A stretch of 64,000 nt of DNA from an uncultured Clostridia bacterium. GTDB taxonomy: Bacteria; Bacillota; Clostridia; TANB77; CAG-508. The position numbers and the translations under genes were made by a program. The stretch is from assembly GCA_934133175.1 (NCBI GenBank), contig CAKPAX010000005.1, positions 4,450 to 68,449 of the forward strand, given 5' to 3'. A model generated the notes under the pieces. It was given only the letters and a program-made list of their open reading frames with translations. It did not search any database and was not told the DNA's origin. Shown piece by piece: positions 26,946-37,275 of the stretch; position 1 is the stretch's first letter; every line of letters begins with the position of its first letter.

Positions 26946-27869
26946 TTGGATAAAGAAAAAATAATGCTTGAATTAGAAGATTTAGGAATTTCAAAAGAAA
27001 ATATAAAAATAAATGAATATATGAGTAAACATACTTCATTTAAAATAGGTGGACCTGCAGATATTTTTATAAAAGTTACTAAAATAGAAGAAATTAAAAA
27101 TATAATTAAAATTGCAACTAGTAATAAAATTCCTTTTTATGTTTTAGGAAATGGAAGTAATATTTTAGTAAAAGATAATGGAATACGAGGAATTGTAATA
27201 AAAATTGAATTAAAAGAGATTAATATAAATTATAATAATGAAGAAGCATTAGTAACAGTTGGTAGTGGTATACAATTAGGATTTTTAGCACATAAATTGT
27301 TAAAAGAAAGTATAGAAGGTTTTGAAGAATTTGCAGGAATACCAGGAACTATAGGTGGAGCAATAAGAATGAATGCGGGAGCACATGGAAAAGAAATGAA
27401 AGATATAATTGTAGAAACAAAATATCTTGATTTAAATGGAAATATAAAAATCATTAATAATGAAGAGCACAAATTTAAATATAGAGATAGCTTATTTGGA
27501 AAAGAAAAATATATTATTTTAGAAACTACACTAAGATTAAAAAAAGGAATTAAAGAAAATATAGAAAAACAAATGAAAGAATATGCGGAATATAGAAAAG
27601 AAAAACAACCAATAGAATTTCCTAGTGCAGGTAGTACATTTAAAAGAGGAGAAGATTTTATAACTGCAAAATTAATAGATGAATGTGGACTAAAAGGGTA
27701 TAAAATTGGTGGAGCAGAAGTATCTAATAAACATGCTGGATTTGTAATAAATACTGGAAATGCAACAGCAGAGGATGTTATAAAATTAACAGAGTATGTA
27801 AAACAAAAGGTTTATGAAAAGTTTAAAAAGAAAATAAATTTAGAAATAGAAATAATTGGTGAAGAATAG
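26946..27869 (+). CDS. murB: UDP-N-acetylenolpyruvoylglucosamine reductase
   Basis: 307 aa with an FAD-binding region (FKIGGPADIFI, LGNGSNILV) and C-terminal PSAGSTFKRG and GGAEVSNKHAGFVIN motifs. The TTG start is 9 nt after a ggaggt RBS. Confidence 0.92.
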   Translation: MDKEKIMLELEDLGISKENIKINEYMSKHTSFKIGGPADIFIKVTKIEEIKNIIKIATSNKIPFYVLGNGSNILVKDNGIRGIVIKIELKEININYNNEEALVTVGSGIQLGFLAHKLLKESIEGFEEFAGIPGTIGGAIRMNAGAHGKEMKDIIVETKYLDLNGNIKIINNEEHKFKYRDSLFGKEKYIILETTLRLKKGIKENIEKQMKEYAEYRKEKQPIEFPSAGSTFKRGEDFITAKLIDECGLKGYKIGGAEVSNKHAGFVINTGNATAEDVIKLTEYVKQKVYEKFKKKINLEIEIIGEE

Positions 27870-27899
27870 TAGCATAAGAAAGAGAAAGGAAGAATTAAA

Positions 27900-29690
27900 A
27901 TGAAAGGCTTTTTTGAATGGTTTAAATCAGGAACAAAAATGAAAAGATGGATATTATTAATATTAGTAGGTATAGCTTTGGCTTGTTATGGAATATCAGA
28001 AATAATAGTGTCTAAAGAAATAAATTTTGGATTTATAGCAATAGGAAAAATAGTAATATCTTTTATAATTGGATTTAGTTGTATAGTATTAGGAATTATA
28101 TTTATAAATAAAAGAAATTTAGAGCTTATGATAGAAGCTACTGATGATAGAATGGAAAACAAAAAAAATGTTAATGTTAATTCATTAATTTTTAACAAAA
28201 CTGTATATCACAAAGGACCTAATATAGTAGTTATAGGTGGAGGAACAGGATTAAATACAGTACTTTCAGGTATAAAATCATATACAAGTAATGTTACTGC
28301 AATAGTAACTGTATCAGATTATGGAAAAACTCCTTCAAACTCAAGAGAAGAAATGCAAGTAATGCCATTGGAAGATGTTAAAGATAGTATTGTTGCATTA
28401 GCTTCAAAAGAAGGACAAGTTGATAAATTGTTTAATTATAAATTTGATTCTGGTAAATTAAAGGGAATATCTTTTTCAGACATATATTTTTCAGCAATGA
28501 AAAATATAAATGGAAATTTTGAAGAATCTGTAATTAAAAGTAATGAAGTTATAAATATGATAGGAAAAGTTATACCGGTTACATTAGAAGAAATGAAGAT
28601 TTGTGCAGAATTGGATAATGGGTATGTTATAGAAGATAAAGATAGAATTGCAGAGGTAGCTTATGATAAAGTTACAAAAATAAACAGAATCTTTTTAAAT
28701 CCAAATAACTGTAAACCTGCACCAGGAGTATTAGATGCAATAAAAAATGCTGATTGTATAGTAATTGGTCCAGGTAGTTTATATACAAATGTTATTCCTA
28801 ATTTATTAGTTAGTGGAATTGCGAGAGAAATAAAAGATAGTAAAGCAATAAAAATATATGTAAGCAATATTATGACAGAACCAGGTCAAACGGATAACTT
28901 TAGTGTTGCAGACCATTTAAATGCTATAATAGATCATTGTGGTGAAGGAATGATTGATTATTGTATATATGACACAGGAGAAGTTGTCCCTGAATTTATA
29001 AAGAAATATAATATGGAAGGAAAAGACTTAGTAGAGCAAACTGTTGAAGAGGTGAAAGAAAAGGGAATATACTTTATTCAAAGAAACCTTTCTATGATAC
29101 AAGGGGATAGAATAAGACATGATCCTATTTTAGTCGCAGCATCTATAATAGAAATAATTTGTGATGATTTAAAATATAAAGATAAACAAAATGATCCACA
29201 ATATTTAATGATGAATAGTAAATTACAATCAGATAAAAGAATTGAAAAAATAAAAAAATTATCAAATAAAAATAATAAAAAGATAGATAAAGAGGATAAG
29301 TCGAAAAGAAAGAGCAAATTTAGTAGTAAATATAGCGATAGAATAGCATCTATAAAAGAAGCAGATGAAAAAATGAAAAGAAAATCAACATCAAAACTTG
29401 AAAAAACAAAGAAAAATGAAGAAGATATATATAAATTTGATATATCTAATGATGAAGGAAAAACAAAAAAAGAAAAGATAGAAGAAAAGAAAAAACCTGT
29501 AAAAAAAGAAGAAAAAGTTGAGAAAAAAACAAAAACTACAAAAGCTAAAAAGACAGAAATAAAATCAAAATCTACTAAGAAAAAAGAAAATGTTAATATT
29601 AAGGCAACTGAGGAACAAAAGCAAAAGTCACCAGATGAAATAAGAAAAGAAATGATGGATAAATTACAACATAGTATATGGAACAAATAG
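27900..29690 (+). CDS. YvcK-like gluconeogenesis-factor family protein with N-terminal TM helices and a long Lys/Glu-rich C-terminal tail
   Basis: 596 aa. Two TM helices at residues ~16-70. A YvcK/CofD-like core (VVIGGGTGLNTVLSGIK, IVIGPGSLYTNVIPNLLV). Residues ~426-596 are a low-complexity K/E/S tail. Confidence 0.8.
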   Translation: MKGFFEWFKSGTKMKRWILLILVGIALACYGISEIIVSKEINFGFIAIGKIVISFIIGFSCIVLGIIFINKRNLELMIEATDDRMENKKNVNVNSLIFNKTVYHKGPNIVVIGGGTGLNTVLSGIKSYTSNVTAIVTVSDYGKTPSNSREEMQVMPLEDVKDSIVALASKEGQVDKLFNYKFDSGKLKGISFSDIYFSAMKNINGNFEESVIKSNEVINMIGKVIPVTLEEMKICAELDNGYVIEDKDRIAEVAYDKVTKINRIFLNPNNCKPAPGVLDAIKNADCIVIGPGSLYTNVIPNLLVSGIAREIKDSKAIKIYVSNIMTEPGQTDNFSVADHLNAIIDHCGEGMIDYCIYDTGEVVPEFIKKYNMEGKDLVEQTVEEVKEKGIYFIQRNLSMIQGDRIRHDPILVAASIIEIICDDLKYKDKQNDPQYLMMNSKLQSDKRIEKIKKLSNKNNKKIDKEDKSKRKSKFSSKYSDRIASIKEADEKMKRKSTSKLEKTKKNEEDIYKFDISNDEGKTKKEKIEEKKKPVKKEEKVEKKTKTTKAKKTEIKSKSTKKKENVNIKATEEQKQKSPDEIRKEMMDKLQHSIWNK

Positions 29691-29704
29691 TTTGGAGGAA
29701 ATAT

Positions 29705-31747
29705 ATGGAATTTACTAATGAGAAATTGAGTTTAGAAGAAGGATTAAAAAGAGAATGGATAATAACAAATGGGATTGGAGGATATTCAGCATCAACAATA
29801 GTCGGAGCAAATACAAGAAAATATCACGGATTACTTGTTGCTCCGCTTACACCACCAGCAAGAAGATATTTAATATTATCCAAAGTAGATGAGAGTATAG
29901 AAATAAATGATAAAAAGTATGAGTTGTATACAAATATAGGAAAACAATATGTATCAGATGGATTTAAGTATCAACAAAGTTTTAGAAAAGAGTTTTTACC
30001 TGTTTTTAATTATAAGGTGGAAAATGTAGAAATAACTAAGATTATTTGTATGGAGTATGGAAAAAATACAGTTGGAGTATATTATAAAATTAAAAATAAA
30101 GATTCTAAATTAAGAGTAAAATTAAATTTAGCTCCAATTGTGAATTTTAGAGATTTTCATTGTGTAAATAATAATCATAAATTTAAGTTAAGACAAGATG
30201 TAAAACGAAACAAAATTAAACTTATTATAGATGATAATTCTGTTAATCCTATATATATAAGAGTTTCAGAAGGAGAATATATTGAGCATAAAGATGATCA
30301 GTTTAATAATATGTTTTATCTTGAAGAAGAAAAAAGAGGATTCTTAGCAGAGGAAAATCATGTCGTTCCTGGAGTTTTTGAAACATATATAGAACCGGAT
30401 GAAGAAAAAGAAATTTCATTTGTTTGTTCTTTAGAGGAAAATATAGATGAAATTAATGTTAAAAATCTTATAGATAAAGAAATTATAAGATTAAATAAAA
30501 TATTTAATGAATCTTTATTAATTGATAATAGAGAAAAAAGTAAAACTAAAAAAGAAATCGAAAGAGATGAATTAGTAAAAGAATACTTAATAGCTGCTGA
30601 CAATTTTGTTGTATATAGGCCATCATTTAGGTTACATACATTAATTGCAGGATATCCATGGTTTTTAGATTGGGGAAGAGATAGTTTAATATCATTTGAA
30701 GGATTATTATTAATTCCTAAAAGGTTTGAAATTGCGAAAGAAGTATTACTTACATATATAAGAGATATAAAATTTGGATTGGTTCCAAATGGTTATTCAG
30801 GATTTGATAATAGACCATTATATAATAGTGTTGATGCATCACTTTTATTATTTGAACAAATTAAAAAATATATAGAATATACAAATGATTATAAATTTGT
30901 AGAAGAAAATATTTATAGTCATTTAGAAAATATTATTAGTAATTATATAAAAGGAATAGATGTTGAGGATAATAATATTTATTTAGATGATGATTATTTA
31001 TTAGTGTCAGGAACAGAGAATACACAAAATACTTGGATGGATGCAAAATGTAATGGAATAGCTATAACACCAAGAAATGGAAAAGCAGTAGAAATAAATG
31101 CAATGTGGTATAATGCCTTAAAAATAATGGAAGAACTAACAAATGGAATTGGAAAAAAAATTGATAGCAAAAAATATGCTGATTTAGCAAAAAAATGTAA
31201 AAAAGCATATAATGAAAAATTCTATAATAAAAGAAGAAAATGTTTATATGACGTGTTAGGTGATAGTAAAATAAGACCAAACCAATTGTTTAGCCTAAGT
31301 TTAACTTACCCAGTGATAGATTGTAACTCAGAAGAAGCTCAAAATATAATAAATGTATGTAAAAAGAAATTATTAAATAATTATGGATTAAAATCACTTG
31401 CAAAAGATGAAGAGAATTATACTCCAATATATGAAGGAGATTCTCTAAAAAGAGATAGTAGTTATCATCAAGGAATAACATGGACTTGGCTTTTGGGGTT
31501 ATATTATAATGCTCTAAAAAATATATTAAAAACAACAAAAAACAAAAAATATAAATTAGAAATTGAAGAAGAATTGAAAAAGTTAATAAGAAATACAACA
31601 AAAACTTTTACAAAAGATATAAATGAAGATGGTTGTATAGGTAGTATTTCTGAAATATATGATTCTATAAAACCACAGTTACCTAAAGGAGCATTTGCTC
31701 AGGCTTGGAGTGTTGCAGAAGTATTTAGAATAATTTTGGAAAAATAA
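29705..31747 (+). CDS. glycogen debranching enzyme (amylo-alpha-1,6-glucosidase, archaeal/bacterial GDE type)
   Basis: 680 aa from the ATG after a ggagg RBS. The N-terminus REWIITNGIGGYSASTIVGANTRKYHGLLVA and C-terminal GYPWFLDWGRDSLISFEGLLL and SYHQGITWTWL are typical of the GDE_N/GDE_C family. Confidence 0.85.
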   Translation: MEFTNEKLSLEEGLKREWIITNGIGGYSASTIVGANTRKYHGLLVAPLTPPARRYLILSKVDESIEINDKKYELYTNIGKQYVSDGFKYQQSFRKEFLPVFNYKVENVEITKIICMEYGKNTVGVYYKIKNKDSKLRVKLNLAPIVNFRDFHCVNNNHKFKLRQDVKRNKIKLIIDDNSVNPIYIRVSEGEYIEHKDDQFNNMFYLEEEKRGFLAEENHVVPGVFETYIEPDEEKEISFVCSLEENIDEINVKNLIDKEIIRLNKIFNESLLIDNREKSKTKKEIERDELVKEYLIAADNFVVYRPSFRLHTLIAGYPWFLDWGRDSLISFEGLLLIPKRFEIAKEVLLTYIRDIKFGLVPNGYSGFDNRPLYNSVDASLLLFEQIKKYIEYTNDYKFVEENIYSHLENIISNYIKGIDVEDNNIYLDDDYLLVSGTENTQNTWMDAKCNGIAITPRNGKAVEINAMWYNALKIMEELTNGIGKKIDSKKYADLAKKCKKAYNEKFYNKRRKCLYDVLGDSKIRPNQLFSLSLTYPVIDCNSEEAQNIINVCKKKLLNNYGLKSLAKDEENYTPIYEGDSLKRDSSYHQGITWTWLLGLYYNALKNILKTTKNKKYKLEIEEELKKLIRNTTKTFTKDINEDGCIGSISEIYDSIKPQLPKGAFAQAWSVAEVFRIILEK

Positions 31748-31760
31748 TAAGGATGGAAAA

Positions 31761-32783
31761 ATGGTATCTATAGAAGAATTAGAAAGACAATTAAATAGTG
31801 GAAAATTATCAAGTATTTATTTATTATATGGTGAAGAAAAATATTTAATAGAAAATGATATAAAAAAAATCAAAAAAATATTTTGTGATTTAATAAAAGG
31901 TATAAATTACATTTTATTAGATGAAAATAATATAGATGAAATAATATCAGATATTGAAACGCCAGCATTTGGATATAGTAAAAAACTAATAATTGTAAAA
32001 GATACAGGACTATTTAAAAAAGATGGAAAAAAGAAAAATGTAAAAGCAGTAAGTATAAGAGAAAAACTAAATGAATATATAAAAAATAATATAGATATAA
32101 TAAATGAAATGGCAGTTGTTATTTTTACAGAAGATGATGTAGATAAAAATGAATTATTTAAAACTATTGATAAAATAGGTTGTACATGTAAATTTGATTA
32201 TCAAAAACCAATAGAATTACAAAAAAGAATAAAAGCAATTTGTCAAGCATATAAGGTAAATATAGATAATTTTACATTACAATATTTTATAGAGTCTTGT
32301 GGGACAAGTATGCAAGATTTAATTAATGAAATTAGAAAATTAATTGAATATGTAGGTGTAAATGGAATTATAAAAAAGGAAGATATAGACAAATTATCAA
32401 TAAAACAAATAGATAGTGTAATATTTGATTTGACAGATAATTTAGGAAAGAAGAATATAAAAAATGCAATGGAAGTTCTTCAAAACTTATTGTATTTAAA
32501 AGAACCAATACAAAAAATATTAGTAACTTTGTATAATCATTTCAAAAAATTATATTTAGTAAAATTGGCATTAAAATATAATAAAGATGTAACACAAGTT
32601 CTAAATTTAAAACCTAATCAAACATTTTTGGTTAGTAAATATAAAAATCAAGCAAGTTATTTTAATGAAAAAGATTTAAGAATAATATTGAAGGAATTAG
32701 CAGATTTAGATTATAAATATAAAATTGGGTTGATAGATATAAATATTGGGTTAGAAACAATACTTTGTACATATTGTTCATAA
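31761..32783 (+). CDS. holA: DNA polymerase III subunit delta
   Basis: 340 aa. The N-terminal pattern LSSIYLLYGEEKYLIEN and the size fit HolA. Confidence 0.8.
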   Translation: MVSIEELERQLNSGKLSSIYLLYGEEKYLIENDIKKIKKIFCDLIKGINYILLDENNIDEIISDIETPAFGYSKKLIIVKDTGLFKKDGKKKNVKAVSIREKLNEYIKNNIDIINEMAVVIFTEDDVDKNELFKTIDKIGCTCKFDYQKPIELQKRIKAICQAYKVNIDNFTLQYFIESCGTSMQDLINEIRKLIEYVGVNGIIKKEDIDKLSIKQIDSVIFDLTDNLGKKNIKNAMEVLQNLLYLKEPIQKILVTLYNHFKKLYLVKLALKYNKDVTQVLNLKPNQTFLVSKYKNQASYFNEKDLRIILKELADLDYKYKIGLIDINIGLETILCTYCS

Positions 32784-32845
32784 TTAATGTATATAAAAAC
32801 CACTTTTGGATAAAAATAAATATAAATTTATTCAAAGGTGGTTTT

Positions 32846-33544
32846 ATGTTTAAGAATATAAATAAAAGGAAAATAATTATAACATTTTTTGTGTTAATTT
32901 TAATAGGAATATGTACTTCATTTTATTTATTTAAAAATAGTGAAGTAGAAGCATTATCTAAGTATGGTTCAAGGGGGAGTGAAGTGACCCAAATACAAAC
33001 AAAATTAAAAAGATGGGGATATTACAGTGGAAATGTAGATGGAATTTATGGGAGTCAAACTGTAGCTGCTGTTAAAAAATTTCAAAAGAAAAATGGATTG
33101 ACTGTAGATGGAATTGCAGGAAAGAATACTTTGGCTGCAATGGGAATATATAACTCTTCTAATAGTTCTAGTTCATCTGGAACTTCAAGTAATTCTTCAA
33201 ATGTTAATTTGTTAGCAAGACTAATTCATGGAGAAGCCAGAGGAGAACCATATACAGGAAAAGTTGCAGTAGGAGCTGTTGTGTTAAATAGAGTAAAAAG
33301 TAGTTCTTTTCCTAATACAATTGCAGGAGTAATATATCAGTCAGGGGCATTTGATGCAGTTTCAGACGGACAAATAAATTTATCACCAGATAGTAGTGCT
33401 TTAAAAGCTGCACAAGATGCAATAAATGGATGGGATCCATCATATGGGGCAATTTATTATTTTAACCCATCAACCGCAACTAATAAATGGATTTGGTCTA
33501 GACCTCTTACTGTAACAATAGGAAAACATAGATTTTGTAAATAA
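32846..33544 (+). CDS. cell wall hydrolase, SleB/CwlJ-like, with a PG-binding domain
   Basis: 232 aa from the ATG after an aaaggtgg RBS. It has a signal anchor, a PG_binding_1 repeat (GSRGSEVTQIQTKLKRWGYYSGNVDGIYGSQTVAAVKKFQKKNGLTVDGIAG) and a Hydrolase_2 core (LLARLIHGEARGEPYTGKVAVGAVVLNRV, QSGAFDAV). Confidence 0.85.
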   Translation: MFKNINKRKIIITFFVLILIGICTSFYLFKNSEVEALSKYGSRGSEVTQIQTKLKRWGYYSGNVDGIYGSQTVAAVKKFQKKNGLTVDGIAGKNTLAAMGIYNSSNSSSSSGTSSNSSNVNLLARLIHGEARGEPYTGKVAVGAVVLNRVKSSSFPNTIAGVIYQSGAFDAVSDGQINLSPDSSALKAAQDAINGWDPSYGAIYYFNPSTATNKWIWSRPLTVTIGKHRFCK

Positions 33545-33779
33545 GTCTTATTCTGAATGGGGCAATAGTTGGCAATGGGGACGTGTTTTTTGACAACATA
33601 AAAATTTAATAAAGAGATTAAATTTAATATAAATTATTAAAAACCAAGCTTAAATTAAAATTAGGTTTGGTTTTTATTTTGTAATAAAATTAAAATATAA
33701 ATTTATATTAAAATTATATTTGACAAATAAATCTCATATTGTTAATATATAAGTGTCAAAAAATATATGGAGGAAATTA

Positions 33780-34283
33780 ATGACAATATATCCAAATGCT
33801 TACTTAAAAAATGTAAGAGAAATAACAATAGATTTTTTAAAACAGAACAATATTGAAGCTTTAATATTAGATGTTGACAATACTTTAATAGATTATTATA
33901 AAAATTTAGAAAAAGAAACAATAAGATGGGCTGAAGATTTAAAAAAAGATGGAATAAAATTATACATTTTATCTAATTCTAACAAAAAAGAAAAAGTAAA
34001 AAATGTGGCAAAAAAATTGGAAATACCATATGAATATTTTGCAAAAAAACCATTAAAAAATGGATTTTTAAAGATACAAAAAACATTAAATATTAAACCA
34101 GAAAATATAGGAGTAGTTGGAGATCAAATATTTACAGATGTGATTGGTGGAAATAGATGTAAAATGTATACGATTTTAGTTGATCCAATCATTCAAAAAG
34201 ATTTTTGGTTTACAGCATGGAAAAGACCAATTGAAGATAAAATAAAAAGTAAAATAAAAAAAGAAAACAAAGGAGAAAAATAG
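33780..34283 (+). CDS. YqeG family HAD-IIIA phosphatase
   Basis: 167 aa from the ATG after a ggagg RBS, with motifs LDVDNTLI and VGDQIFTDVIGGN. Confidence 0.85.
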   Translation: MTIYPNAYLKNVREITIDFLKQNNIEALILDVDNTLIDYYKNLEKETIRWAEDLKKDGIKLYILSNSNKKEKVKNVAKKLEIPYEYFAKKPLKNGFLKIQKTLNIKPENIGVVGDQIFTDVIGGNRCKMYTILVDPIIQKDFWFTAWKRPIEDKIKSKIKKENKGEK

Positions 34284-34284
34284 A

Positions 34285-35037
34285 ATGTATTTTAATGATG
34301 TACATATATATTGGTATGTGTTTGTACTAATTCTTGGATTATTAATGGGACAATTTGTTGATTGGATGATAAGAAGATTACCGGATGATAAAAAAATATT
34401 CTCAAAGGAGATATTTAAAGATTATAAGAAAAATTATAAACTAAATTATTTAATGATGTTAATTAATGCAATACTATATGTTGCAATACTGTATGTTTGT
34501 GGAATAAAAGATACATTCATTGCGAATCTTGATTTAATTAAGTATTATATATTAACTCCAATATTGTTATCAATATTTGTGATAGATTACAAGCATCAAA
34601 TAATACCAAATAGATTAACATTAACATTATTTGAAGTAGGATTAGTTTTTGCTTTTATATACGGATTATCAAATATTGCAATTTCAATAAATATGATATT
34701 AGGAATGGTTGCAGGAGCAGGAATATTTTTATTAATTACATTGATTGGTGGGATGGTTTATGGAAAAGAAGCAATGGGATTTGGCGATGTAAAATTAATG
34801 GGATGTTTAGGCTTATGGTTTGGACTTTCTGAAATAATTATTATAGCATTAATGTCATTTTTAATAGGAGCAATTTTAAGTATAGTGTTATTAGTTACAA
34901 GAATAAAAAAATCTGATGAATACATACCATTTGGTCCATTTATAGTGTTAAGTACATTTATAGCAATGTTTGTACCATACAATATAATATTAGTTATATT
35001 AATGAAAATATTTACATTAGGATTATATAAAGGGTAA
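34285..35037 (+). CDS. A24 family prepilin peptidase
   Basis: 250 aa polytopic protein. The two catalytic Asp motifs are VIDYKHQIIPN and GFGDVKLMG. No Cys-rich N-terminal methyltransferase region is obvious. Confidence 0.85.
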   Translation: MYFNDVHIYWYVFVLILGLLMGQFVDWMIRRLPDDKKIFSKEIFKDYKKNYKLNYLMMLINAILYVAILYVCGIKDTFIANLDLIKYYILTPILLSIFVIDYKHQIIPNRLTLTLFEVGLVFAFIYGLSNIAISINMILGMVAGAGIFLLITLIGGMVYGKEAMGFGDVKLMGCLGLWFGLSEIIIIALMSFLIGAILSIVLLVTRIKKSDEYIPFGPFIVLSTFIAMFVPYNIILVILMKIFTLGLYKG

Positions 35038-35051
35038 AAGAGGTGTAATAT

Positions 35052-36110
35052 ATGAATCAAAAAATACAATGGCTTAGAAATACAATGGCAAGTTTAAACT
35101 TACAAGGGATAATAATTTCTAATCCAATAAATATAAAATATTTAACAAATATAGATGCAGAAGGAATATTATTAGTAACAAGAAAAGAAAATATATATAT
35201 TACAGATGGAAGATATGTTGAAGCTGTTCATAGTATATTAACAATAGAAGATGAAATAATAGTTTATAATATAACAGATGTCTCAAAAGATGATTATGAA
35301 AATTTCTTTATGTTTTGTGAAAATGTTGGTTTTGAGGAAAACTATGTTACATATGCAAAGTATAAAGAATATATGCATAAATTTAAAATAAATAATTTTG
35401 TAGAAACAGAAAATATTATAGAAAAACAAAGAGCGATAAAAGATGATGATGAAATAAAAAATATAACAATTGCATGTGAAATTACAGATAAATGTTTTTC
35501 ACATCTGATAGATTTTATAAAGCCAGGTATGACAGAAAAACAAATAGCAAAAGAAATTGATGAATTTTACAATAATAATTCAGATGGATTATCTTTTGAT
35601 ACAATAGTAGCATCTGGAGAAAACTCATCAAAACCACATGCAGTGCCTACAGATAGAAAAATACAAGAGCAAGATATAATTACAATTGATATGGGATGTA
35701 AATTTAAAGGATATTGCTCAGATATGACAAGGACAATATTTATAGGAAGTGTACCAGAATATGTAAAACCGGTATATGATTTAGTTCTAAAAAATCAAAC
35801 TCAAACATTAGATCAAATGAAAGACGGAGAAAATATAAGATTATTAACTAAAATGGTTGAAAATGATTTTAGATTGCATAATTTTGATTTAATTCATAGT
35901 TTAGGACATGGAGTTGGATTAGAAATACACGAAAGACCATTTATAAGTTATAGAAATGATAATCAATTAAAAGAAAATATGGTTGTAACAGATGAACCTG
36001 GAATATATTTACCAGGAAAGTTTGGTGTGAGAATAGAAGATACAGTATTAATAACAAAATTTGGTTGTATAAATTTAACAAAATCTGAGAAAAATTATAT
36101 TATAATATAA
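35052..36110 (+). CDS. Xaa-Pro aminopeptidase / M24 family peptidase
   Basis: 352 aa with the M24 metal-ligand pattern DMGCKFKGYCSDMTRT, HSLGHGVGLEIHE and EPGIY. It sits upstream of efp, as yqhT does in Bacillus. Confidence 0.88.
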   Translation: MNQKIQWLRNTMASLNLQGIIISNPINIKYLTNIDAEGILLVTRKENIYITDGRYVEAVHSILTIEDEIIVYNITDVSKDDYENFFMFCENVGFEENYVTYAKYKEYMHKFKINNFVETENIIEKQRAIKDDDEIKNITIACEITDKCFSHLIDFIKPGMTEKQIAKEIDEFYNNNSDGLSFDTIVASGENSSKPHAVPTDRKIQEQDIITIDMGCKFKGYCSDMTRTIFIGSVPEYVKPVYDLVLKNQTQTLDQMKDGENIRLLTKMVENDFRLHNFDLIHSLGHGVGLEIHERPFISYRNDNQLKENMVVTDEPGIYLPGKFGVRIEDTVLITKFGCINLTKSEKNYIII

Positions 36111-36184
36111 TGTAAGTATTGATTTTAGTAGAAAAATAGTGTAAAATAAATAAAGTTTAAATAAATTTTGAAAGGGGTAATAAT

Positions 36185-36751
36185 ATGGCAGCAGTATATT
36201 CAGCAGGAGATTTTAGAAATGGAACAACATTTGAAATGGATGGAAATGTTTATAGAGTAGTTGAATTTCAACACGTAAAACCAGGAAAGGGAGCAGCATT
36301 TGTTAGAACAAAATTAAAAAATGTAATAACAGGGGCAGTTTTAGAAAAAACTTTTAACCCATCAGATAAATTTCCAGGAGCAGAAATAGAAAAACAAGTA
36401 ATGCAATACTTATATAATGATGGTGGATTATATTATTTTATGGATAATACAACATATGAACAAACACCATTAAATGAAGAACAATTAGGTGATTGTTTAA
36501 AGTATTTAAAAGAAAATACAGAAGTTACAATACTTTCTTTTAAAGGAAAAGTATTTGCAGTAGAACCACCAACATTTGTTGAATTAGAAGTTACATATAC
36601 AGAACCAGGATTTGCAGGAAATACAACAACAACATCTGGAAAACCTGCAACATTAGAAACAGGATTGGAATTACAAGTTCCTATGTTCATAAACATTGGT
36701 GATGTATTAAGAATTGATACAAGAACATGTGAATACATGGAAAGAGTTTAG
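36185..36751 (+). CDS. efp: elongation factor P
   Basis: 188 aa. [39 protein letters not shown] is a canonical EF-P N-terminus. Confidence 0.95.
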   Translation: MAAVYSAGDFRNGTTFEMDGNVYRVVEFQHVKPGKGAAFVRTKLKNVITGAVLEKTFNPSDKFPGAEIEKQVMQYLYNDGGLYYFMDNTTYEQTPLNEEQLGDCLKYLKENTEVTILSFKGKVFAVEPPTFVELEVTYTEPGFAGNTTTTSGKPATLETGLELQVPMFINIGDVLRIDTRTCEYMERV

Positions 36752-36763
36752 AAAGGTGATAAT

Positions 36764-37237
36764 ATGATATCAGACTTAAAAAAAGAAATGAATAAATTTA
36801 TGACAGACTTAGAAAAAAATATTCAAAACAAAAAAGATTTAGAATATATTCAGGAAAAAATGCCACATTTATTCGAAACAATTCTTGATGAAATGGAAAA
36901 GGTAGTAAATATAAAAGAAGAAAAAATGAATAAAATTATGCAAACACAACAACAATTAGAAACTAAAGTAGGAAAAATGGAACAAATTATAGACAATATA
37001 GAAAAAGATATATATTCTGATGAAGGATTTGATTTTGAAATAGTTTGTCCATATTGTGATACAGAATTTGTTGTTGATGAAGATGATGAGAAAACAGAAG
37101 TTAAATGTCCAAATTGTAATAATATTATAGAACTAGATTGGACAGATGAAGAAGAGGGATGTTCTGCAGGAGGATGTTCACATTGTCATGGATGTGGACC
37201 AGTAATTGATGAAGATGAAGACGATGATGATATGTAA
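36764..37237 (+). CDS. hypothetical coiled-coil plus Cys-rich zinc-ribbon protein with an acidic tail
   Basis: 157 aa with CPYCDTEF...CPNCNN and CSAGGCSHCHGCG motifs, ending in DEDEDDDDM. Confidence 0.55.
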   Translation: MISDLKKEMNKFMTDLEKNIQNKKDLEYIQEKMPHLFETILDEMEKVVNIKEEKMNKIMQTQQQLETKVGKMEQIIDNIEKDIYSDEGFDFEIVCPYCDTEFVVDEDDEKTEVKCPNCNNIIELDWTDEEEGCSAGGCSHCHGCGPVIDEDEDDDDM

Positions 37238-37275
37238 TAAAAATGTGCTATTGTAAAGATGGCACTTTTTTGTTT

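Noticed and set aside
29078-29686. 202-aa minus-strand ORF opposite the Lys-rich tail of the YvcK-like gene
   Set aside because: This poly-Phe/Ser product is simply the complement of AAA/GAA-rich coding DNA. The plus-strand frame is continuous with the YvcK core.
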